Below, in pieces: positions 57,488-64,000 of a stretch of 64,000 nucleotides of DNA. A model generated the notes under the pieces. It was not told where the DNA came from and did not search any database. It saw only the letters and a program-made list of their open reading frames with translations. The stretch is from a virus, in IMG/VR virus record IMGVR_UViG_3300032315_000202, positions 3,502 to 67,501 of that record; one strand, 5' to 3'. The translations under genes and the position numbers were made by a program. Within the stretch, counting starts at the first letter, position 1. Each line of letters starts with the position of its first letter.

Positions 57488-58162
57488 TTACGCTGCTACT
57501 ACTGGAGTTTTCTTAGTACGACCTTTTGTCTTAACAGGGGCAGCGACCACAGGATCAAGACTACGTGCTTGCTCTACCAGCCGCTGTGCTTCTACTAGAA
57601 GTCCGTTTGCCTCACGACTCATACGGTCGGCTTGCTGTCGTAGATTAGCAGCAAGTGCAGTGTCGCCTAATACGTCACCCGACGCTGCTTGAATTGGTGC
57701 GGCGTCTAGACTAGGAACTGCGTCGCCGCGCATACGTCTTGCTACAGCAGCAGGGTCTTGCATTCCCATCTGACTATCCATGTCAGCCAACTTCTTGACT
57801 GCTTCCTCACCCATCTTCATTTCATCAAGAATCTTGTTAAGTTCATTCAACTTGATGCGAGTATTTGGAGCAGGGGTCATTACGATGAGTTCAGTCTGAA
57901 CCTTCTTTAACATGCCTTCAGCGTGAAGCTTTTGAAGGATAATTTGTCCGTCTGTAGTATAAGTACGGTTGAGAGCTTCGGCTAGATTTTCACTGCTCTG
58001 GCCGATGTCACTTTCAATACATTTTACAAGCGGGTCGTGAATGTTGCGATTTAGCGTTTCAGTGTAAACAACCAAGGCCATGTGCGGTTCGCCGGGAACT
58101 TCGCGGAATACTACCGCTACTTTGCGGTCTCCTTGCTTACCTACGTGTCTTAAAAAAGCCAT
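57488..58162 (-). CDS. Hypothetical protein
   Basis: 224-aa ORF, SD AAGGAG, late promoter at 58196-58202. Confidence 0.75.
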   Translation of the reverse strand: MAFLRHVGKQGDRKVAVVFREVPGEPHMALVVYTETLNRNIHDPLVKCIESDIGQSSENLAEALNRTYTTDGQIILQKLHAEGMLKKVQTELIVMTPAPNTRIKLNELNKILDEMKMGEEAVKKLADMDSQMGMQDPAAVARRMRGDAVPSLDAAPIQAASGDVLGDTALAANLRQQADRMSREANGLLVEAQRLVEQARSLDPVVAAPVKTKGRTKKTPVVAA

Positions 58163-58227
58163 TGTGTTTTCTCCTTAAGGTTTTTATAGCACAAGTATTT
58201 AACAGGAGAAAACGATGCTAAAATATT

Positions 58228-58527
58228 TTATGACCAACGCAATATGAATAGCATCAAGTGTTTCTCTTCACCAAACCAAAATACGTAGTCCGGCTCAGCC
58301 TGATAATTCCAAATCGTTTCCATACTGCTGATTCGATACCCGCGATCACCGAACGTAGCATAACACCAGTCGACCATTTCTTCCAACTCTGCAAACGAGT
58401 ACATGATTGGATTGGCAAAATGTAAAGGTGTCCTTTTGTGGTCTAGGACAAATGTGCCTATACGTTTGGGCGTCGGTTCAACATCATCTATAATGATTGC
58501 AGTTGCTTTAACCCCACGTAAGTTCAT
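58228..58527 (-). CDS. Small protein, F-x-L-x-W C-terminal family
   Basis: EEMVDWCYATFG...FGEEKHLMLFILRWS; start is uncertain. Confidence 0.65.
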   Translation of the reverse strand: MNLRGVKATAIIIDDVEPTPKRIGTFVLDHKRTPLHFANPIMYSFAELEEMVDWCYATFGDRGYRISSMETIWNYQAEPDYVFWFGEEKHLMLFILRWS

Positions 58528-58756
58528 AGAACATTGCTTCCTTTGGATCCTCAAATGTAGGAGTGTACTCGGTTTCAAAGACTGTACGGCGTTTGATATG
58601 TGTAGAAAAGCGTCCACGCAGCCTTTCTAGAATCCATATCGTTGATTCAGGGGTAAGAGGAGTGGAAGTCTTGATGAAATGTTCGGGGTTTACCGCCAAC
58701 TCACGTTCAGTGAACCAAGTTTGTAGATTAATATTTTCAATTGTCTTCGTCATCAC
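58508..58756 (-). CDS. Small protein, F-x-L-x-W C-terminal family
   Basis: WILERLRGRF...FEDPKEAMFYELTWG. Confidence 0.7.
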   Translation of the reverse strand: MMTKTIENINLQTWFTERELAVNPEHFIKTSTPLTPESTIWILERLRGRFSTHIKRRTVFETEYTPTFEDPKEAMFYELTWG

Positions 58757-58973
58757 ACACTAATATGTAAAGTTCTTCCAGCTTAAGTAGCTGGTCATTA
58801 AGAGTAGGATTTGTTTCTGCTAGTTTGCAGATTTTTAGCAGGCGTTCTTTACGCTTCGCTAGACGATTGGCCTTCTCTAACCATTCATGCGTGTTAGGAA
58901 GGGCGCGGGATGACGATCCATGCCCTATTATTGCATAGACCATCATTCCCTTATCAGGCGAGTCGTTAGTCAC
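58737..58973 (-). CDS. Hypothetical protein
   Basis: 78-aa ORF, coupled. Confidence 0.6.
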   Translation of the reverse strand: MTNDSPDKGMMVYAIIGHGSSSRALPNTHEWLEKANRLAKRKERLLKICKLAETNPTLNDQLLKLEELYILVCDDEDN

Positions 58974-60298
58974 TTACCCTTCCGGTGATCCGAATAGATT
59001 GCGTAAGTACCGAAGGGCGGGTTCGGGTTCGGGTCACCGTGAATGATCCAAGTCGTATCACAGTATTCCGGATCACCCCAGCTACCAAACGGATACCCGT
59101 CAGTGAAGACGATCAGCCGATTGGGAACGATAGTTTCTTCCTTGAGATACCTGAAGATGCAGTCAAAGTCGGTGCCACCGCCGCCAGCCAGTTCGTAATC
59201 ATCAATCGTGTCAAGGTTCTCCGAAGTATAATCCTTCGCATTGTAAACCCGAGTGTCAAAGCAAGCGATATGGATCTTGAAACCATCAAAGATATCCATC
59301 ATACCGGCAACTTCGCTGATGAACTGCATACCCTGCTTGTTCGAGATAGAACCCGACATGTCGATCATGATAGTGACATCAATCTCTTCACCGGGGTTCA
59401 TGCCGGGCATGACAGCATCCATGTGCCAACCTCGACGAGAAGGACGCATCCAAGAGTAGTCTGACCTGATAGCAGAGGTCAGATTAGTCTGGATCAGTTC
59501 ACGCCAGGGCATGACAGGATCAGTCATCTGCTTGATCATACGCTGAACGCCTGCGGGGATAGAACCCGCATCAGCTTGTTGTGCAGCGTTGATGATAGAC
59601 TGCTTCACTTCCTGACGGATTTGTTCCTTCTCGGCTTCTGACAGTTTCGGACGACCTTTGCCCTTCTTGTCGCTGCCTTCACCATCTTCGCCATCTTCAC
59701 CATCACCATCGCCCTCACCATCAAGGTGATCATCGAGCATCTTGTCGATGAGATCATCGATGCTGATATGCTGTGCATTCTTCATGAGGTCATCGTAGAT
59801 TTCCTCAGAAGGTACGCTGTCATACTTTGCTTCGAACAACGCAGGGACAGTAGTGATGAACTCGCCAATCTTGTGACGCTTCAAGTCAGCGTTTACAGCA
59901 TAGTCAACCGCGATGTTCCAGACTTGAGGATCACGATGATCACGGCGACCCATGTGATCATAGACAACGTGAAGTACCTCGTGACCGACAAGGAAGTCAA
60001 CTTCCTTCGGACGAAGCATCATGATGAAACGAGAGTTGTAGTAGAAGTTAAGACCGTCAGTAGCAGCGGTCGTGCACCACTCATCAGCGTTGATCAGCTT
60101 GAGGCGAGTAGCGAGGTTGCCGAAGAACGAGTGCTTGAGCAACAGGCTGATACGAGAAGTGATGATGCGTTCACGAGCGTCATTGTCAATCTTCGGATCA
60201 GTAGGACCCAAAAGGTTCTCGAACTTTTTGCTGCGAGAACGCTTTTTCTTATCGGGGGAAATAACACTGCTCATTGGGATAGCCTTTTGTTTGATCAT
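58970..60298 (-). CDS. Metallopeptidase-like (HExxH) plus VWA domain protein (DUF2201-type)
   Basis: TAATDG, HEVLH, WNIAVD..VN; MIDAS DMSGS, GGGGTDF, FTDG. Confidence 0.9.
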   Translation of the reverse strand: MIKQKAIPMSSVISPDKKKRSRSKKFENLLGPTDPKIDNDARERIITSRISLLLKHSFFGNLATRLKLINADEWCTTAATDGLNFYYNSRFIMMLRPKEVDFLVGHEVLHVVYDHMGRRDHRDPQVWNIAVDYAVNADLKRHKIGEFITTVPALFEAKYDSVPSEEIYDDLMKNAQHISIDDLIDKMLDDHLDGEGDGDGEDGEDGEGSDKKGKGRPKLSEAEKEQIRQEVKQSIINAAQQADAGSIPAGVQRMIKQMTDPVMPWRELIQTNLTSAIRSDYSWMRPSRRGWHMDAVMPGMNPGEEIDVTIMIDMSGSISNKQGMQFISEVAGMMDIFDGFKIHIACFDTRVYNAKDYTSENLDTIDDYELAGGGGTDFDCIFRYLKEETIVPNRLIVFTDGYPFGSWGDPEYCDTTWIIHGDPNPNPPFGTYAIYSDHRKGK

Positions 60299-60336
60299 GT
60301 TGCTAATATAGTGTGAAGCAGGACCGAAGTCAAGCC

Positions 60337-60567
60337 TCAATGTCGGGTATTCTTCGGGGAGAAGGCGTCGTCTTCAAGCCATTCAATCATATCGTCAGGA
60401 AGTTCATCAAGGTCCAACTCACCTAGCGGTACGGCATTCTCTAGCATCTCACCGCTGTCTACCATGCGGTTGATTTCCGCAAGGAGTTCGTCCATTTCTT
60501 CCTGTGTCATGTCGAGGTTGTCAAAACAACCCGGAGCAAAGATAATATTCATTTTCTTTTCAGTCAT
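60337..60567 (-). CDS. Small acidic hypothetical protein
   Basis: FAPGCFD motif, 76 aa. Confidence 0.65.
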   Translation of the reverse strand: MTEKKMNIIFAPGCFDNLDMTQEEMDELLAEINRMVDSGEMLENAVPLGELDLDELPDDMIEWLEDDAFSPKNTRH

Positions 60568-60577
60568 TTTTTCCTAC

Positions 60578-60865
60578 TTAGATCGATGGCCGATCACGGT
60601 TTTCGTTCATTTCTTTTGCCATTGCTTTAGCTTCCTCGTCCTTCTCATATTGAGTAAGGACACGACCTTCATAGGTCTGCATTTCTGCCAAATCTGACGC
60701 CGAAATACGGGTGAGAATGTCAGCACGGGCCGCGATGCAATGAGCAAGTTCAGCTTGATATGGACTTCCAGACTTTACAGCCGCAGTGAGTCCGTTGATG
60801 CGTGACTGACAGTGCCGAAGATGTTGCTGTTCTACAGTATAGGTAAAGAATTTCTTATTAGACAT
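60578..60865 (-). CDS. Hypothetical protein
   Basis: 95-aa ORF, SD AAGGA. Confidence 0.65.
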   Translation of the reverse strand: MSNKKFFTYTVEQQHLRHCQSRINGLTAAVKSGSPYQAELAHCIAARADILTRISASDLAEMQTYEGRVLTQYEKDEEAKAMAKEMNENRDRPSI

Positions 60866-60895
60866 TCGGTCAGTCCTTTCAAAGAGACATGTAAT

Positions 60896-60928
60896 AAAAG
60901 GGGAGGGGCTGTCTCGAACCCCTCCCCT
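60896..60928 (-). terminator. Intrinsic terminator
   Basis: AGGGGAGGGG..CCCCTCCCCT followed by TTTT. Confidence 0.75.
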
Positions 60929-60941
60929 AGGAGCTCAGGCT

Positions 60942-62042
60942 TTACTCGCCTGCTGCCACAATGTACTTACCGTACTTCTTGTGGAAGTCGTCGAACGTCT
61001 TAAGCTGAGAAGGCTCGATCGGCAGCTTATACGTCTTGAGAGCAATCTTCGAACCCATGACGATCAGTTCAGTTTCGAAGTTCTTCATCATGTATTCGAA
61101 GAAGTTGTCGCACATTTCGTGGAACTTCTTCGTATCGACCCGCTTGTTATCAAGCACGTCCTTCAGTTCGTAGCACATAGAAATCGTGAGCGAATACATC
61201 GCAGAGATTTCCTTGACATTGAGGTCCTTCACCTTGCCCTCAAGAATAGAGAGGGGGTCGGGCATACGACCAGCAACCTTGCGGTGTGCCATGAACTTCG
61301 TAGCGAGACCGTCGCCGACCGAACCTGCGACGAGGTTGAACAGCGTGTCATTATCGATGTTTTCTTCATCAGCGAGCAGATCGCTCACGAAGACCCACGA
61401 ACGCGGAGTAGCGAATGCACGAGACGAACCCTTAGCGTCGAAGTCATAACCGTCCTGTTTAGCGAACGAGAGATAACCAACAACGTCACGGTGAACGCCC
61501 TTGTTGACAGCCCAAGTCTGCCAAGCATTGAAGTCGTAACGCATTTCAAGGTGAATGAAGCGGTTAGCGAGCGGCATCGGCATGCGATACGTGACACCCT
61601 TGTCACTGTCGCGGTTACCAGCAGCAACGATAACGACGTTATCAGGCAGCTTGTATTTACCAACACGACGGTTCAGGATAAGCTGATAACCAGCAGCTTG
61701 AACTGCGGGCGGGGCCGAGTTCATTTCGTCAAGAAAGAGAACGACGATGGGGTATTGCGAAGCAAGTTCTTCGCTGGGAAGATCGACCGGTTCAGCCCAG
61801 TCCATCTTGCTGATGTCTTTGTTGAAGAAGGGAATACCGCGAATATCAGTCGGTTCCATCTGCGCCATACGCAGATCAACCATATAACCACCGAGTTCAT
61901 CAGTGATATCTTGAACGCATTCGGACTTGCCGATGCCCGGAGGGCCCCACAAGAAGACAGGACGTTTTGCCTTAAACGCAGTGAGAATAGCCCGACGAGC
62001 CTGAATAGAAGTGACAGTCAGGGTATCAGAAACATGAGACAT
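60942..62042 (-). CDS. MoxR-type AAA+ ATPase
   Basis: WGPPGIGKS, LFLDEMN, VAAGN, PLANRF, TPRSW. Confidence 0.9.
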   Translation of the reverse strand: MSHVSDTLTVTSIQARRAILTAFKAKRPVFLWGPPGIGKSECVQDITDELGGYMVDLRMAQMEPTDIRGIPFFNKDISKMDWAEPVDLPSEELASQYPIVVLFLDEMNSAPPAVQAAGYQLILNRRVGKYKLPDNVVIVAAGNRDSDKGVTYRMPMPLANRFIHLEMRYDFNAWQTWAVNKGVHRDVVGYLSFAKQDGYDFDAKGSSRAFATPRSWVFVSDLLADEENIDNDTLFNLVAGSVGDGLATKFMAHRKVAGRMPDPLSILEGKVKDLNVKEISAMYSLTISMCYELKDVLDNKRVDTKKFHEMCDNFFEYMMKNFETELIVMGSKIALKTYKLPIEPSQLKTFDDFHKKYGKYIVAAGE

Positions 62043-62144
62043 ATAATTTAGCTCCTTTAAAAAAAATCAAAAATCAAAGAGAGAGTCCGTTACTCGCTCT
62101 TGATGTTTACAATATAGCTACTCTGAATTCACAAGTCAATCACT

Positions 62145-62408
62145 TTAACTCATAAGCTGGTGTATAAGCATGAGTTGTTGCAGATGTGCAACAGCCTTTT
62201 CCAGCTTGGCCGCCTGCATCTTATACTTTTCAACCTTGCGGGACCTGCGGGCTTCCACTTCTAGAGAGCTAAGGGTCGAGACCATTTTGTCCAAATTGTC
62301 ACAATACCGCTTCAAGTCAGGATTGTAGGGCATTCTTTTTAACCTGTCACGCAGTTCTGTGACAAGTTTGCGGGCTTCGATTGAATTATGAAAGCGTGAC
62401 TCAGACAT
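62145..62408 (-). CDS. Hypothetical protein
   Basis: 87-aa ORF; promoter TTGACA-17-TAGACT at 62415-62443. Confidence 0.7.
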   Translation of the reverse strand: MSESRFHNSIEARKLVTELRDRLKRMPYNPDLKRYCDNLDKMVSTLSSLEVEARRSRKVEKYKMQAAKLEKAVAHLQQLMLIHQLMS

Positions 62409-62448
62409 ACCCGTAGTCTACAAAAAGTTTGGGCATATGTCAACCTGT

Positions 62449-62790
62449 TTATGCTTTAAAACTAATACTTTCGCCGCAGCCGCAACTGCTAGCTGCTAAA
62501 GGTGATTTGATTTCAATCACGCTGCCTGTGATGTCTACTTTTTTATCTACCGTGCTTCCAATCAAAAATAGTTCAGAAGTCTTGTCTAGCCAAAATGTCC
62601 AATCATCATACGCTTTGCAGTAGTCGTGTGAGGAAATCTCATCAGCAGAATTGACTAGCTCCCACTTGTAACTGAATCCGGCACAGCCTCCGCCGGCAAG
62701 CGATAGGCGAACCCCAAGTGCTTTGGAGTTATCACAAATATGCTTAAAGTGTTCTTTAGCAATGTCCGTGAAGTAAATTGCGTCTTTCAT
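62449..62790 (-). CDS. iscA: A-type Fe-S cluster carrier (IscA/HesB family)
   Basis: GGGCAGFSY and SSCGCGESISF. Confidence 0.9.
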   Translation of the reverse strand: MKDAIYFTDIAKEHFKHICDNSKALGVRLSLAGGGCAGFSYKWELVNSADEISSHDYCKAYDDWTFWLDKTSELFLIGSTVDKKVDITGSVIEIKSPLAASSCGCGESISFKA

Positions 62791-62826
62791 TTTATCTTTC
62801 TATCTGTTTATGATCGAGAGGCGAGG

Positions 62827-63381
62827 TTAACCCCAGCCTATGCTCGTATTGTTTTTTTGTGCGAACTGTATGATCTCGATTAATCTATCTATATAACGAT
62901 CAACTTGTGACTGACTCCGACCTGCATCATACATAGTGGGGCCTCTACCAATACGAGCAACTCCTTGATCGTCGCTCTGTCGGCGCATTACACCCCTGTC
63001 CACGCTGGCATCTTGGGTGTGCTGTTGGCTACCTTTGTTTTTTAACATTATTAATCTACGCATGACATCAGGCAAGTCTTTGTTATGTATGATTCCTGAA
63101 TAATCCGGATCTAGTCCTAGCATCCGTTGAATCTCTTCGCCGTTAGCATTGCTTACTTGAAGTTCCGGAGCATCTGAAACTCTATCTTCTTCTTTGCCTG
63201 TTCCCCCGCAGTAAACGCATAGTTGCGTCCTATCTTTTCCAGTACCATCACAATCTCGGCAGTCTATTGTTATCTTGCGTTCCCAATCGGAACCGGTCCA
63301 GTATTTTTCACCGGTGCTGAATTCCTTTTCTACGACTGGGTTAAATGTCATCCCCTCGTTTAGTAATTCTTTTATTTTCAT
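62827..63381 (-). CDS. Probable internal head protein with a DnaJ-type zinc-binding pair
   Basis: MKIKELLNEG N-terminus; CRDCDGTG..CVYCGGTG. Confidence 0.65.
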   Translation of the reverse strand: MKIKELLNEGMTFNPVVEKEFSTGEKYWTGSDWERKITIDCRDCDGTGKDRTQLCVYCGGTGKEEDRVSDAPELQVSNANGEEIQRMLGLDPDYSGIIHNKDLPDVMRRLIMLKNKGSQQHTQDASVDRGVMRRQSDDQGVARIGRGPTMYDAGRSQSQVDRYIDRLIEIIQFAQKNNTSIGWG

Positions 63382-64000
63382 TTTATCTTTCCATCTGCTC
63401 TGGCCTGGGGAGGGATGCCTGCTCTGGAAGTCTTGAAGCCGAATGCCTTAGCGTTCTTCTTGATTGCGTCTGGCTTTACATCTACAGTGAGTGCAGTCTT
63501 GAAGCGAGGATCGTTCTTTTCTTTTGCAGATGGAATGTATCCTGAGGCTTCGTCTATTTTAGGATTCTTGTATGGCTCAGAATTGTCAAACACTGCATAT
63601 ATGATAGGGTAGTCGTCATCGCCGGCAAAATTAACTTCAATAGGCTCCTTGCCGCCTTCTCGTTTCACGAAATCTCTGATGACCTCGTCGTATACATCAT
63701 CATAATCTGCTAAATATTGTGGATCATCGGATGGTAGTTTGCAGCGTCTTTCTGCATCTTCTTGGCACTCATCCGTAAACCCTTCGAAGTGAACGCGGTA
63801 CGGACCAAACTCCTCTACCCCAACCTCGTCAGGACTCAATGACTGTACGAAATCATCTATTTCATCTTCATATTGACTGTATCCTGAGGCTTCGTCTAGA
63901 TTGCTTCTAGCTTTCCAAAACTCTTGGCCATCTGGCTTAACATCATCAGACGGGTGTAGTTTATAATTGAATTTGCGCTCTATCTCGTTATAGATTTTAG
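63378..64000 (-). CDS. C-terminal part of a modular polyprotein; runs off the right edge
   Basis: Frame is open upstream of the track's TTG to the window end: ...KIYNEIERKFNYKLHPSDDVKPDGQEFWKARSNLDEASGYSQYE... Confidence 0.8.
   Translation of the reverse strand, partial: KIYNEIERKFNYKLHPSDDVKPDGQEFWKARSNLDEASGYSQYEDEIDDFVQSLSPDEVGVEEFGPYRVHFEGFTDECQEDAERRCKLPSDDPQYLADYDDVYDEVIRDFVKREGGKEPIEVNFAGDDDYPIIYAVFDNSEPYKNPKIDEASGYIPSAKEKNDPRFKTALTVDVKPDAIKKNAKAFGFKTSRAGIPPQARADGKIK
63536..63898. repeat. Perfect 21-bp direct repeat (63536-63556 and 63878-63898)
   Basis: TGTATCCTGAGGCTTCGTCTA occurs twice, 342 nt apart; encodes D-E-A-S-G-Y. Confidence 0.9.

Noticed and set aside
60981-62051. 356-aa antisense ORF opposite the MoxR ATPase
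   Set aside because: Same in-register codon-bias artefact
1-64000. Stop-codon reassignment or alternative genetic code
   Set aside because: Core genes (terminase, sheath, helicase, thyA, uvsX) are full length in code 11, and TAA, TAG and TGA all serve as stops

Overview
This 64-kb window is part of a large T4-related (jumbo-type) myophage genome read in the standard code, with almost all genes on the minus strand. Virion genes include tail sheath and tube, gp4-, gp13-, gp14- and gp15-like proteins, terminase, fibre/baseplate proteins and a spanin pair. Replication and recombination genes include gp41 helicase, primase, UvsW/X/Y, gp32 SSB, a clamp-loader subunit and a 194-aa DnaE-like polymerase core. 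It also carries thyA, DHFR, dNMP kinase, MazG, NUDIX, peptide deformylase, IscA, a MoxR-AAA/VWA pair and a free-standing GIY-YIG endonuclease. No tRNA, rRNA or CRISPR array was seen. The best candidate for an undescribed system is a set of capsid-cargo cassette polyproteins. These have T4 IP-like N-terminal targeting peptides and modules delimited by [LIV]-x-E prohead-protease-type sites. In two separate genes an in-frame module is flanked by a perfect 21-bp direct repeat lying on such a site. Other notable signals are leaderless late and sigma70 transcripts with fixed promoter-to-ATG spacing, CTG and ATT start codons behind strong SD sequences, several structured leaders, and a six-member small-protein family with an aromatic C-terminus. 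All functional calls come from motif recognition by eye; no database searches were run.
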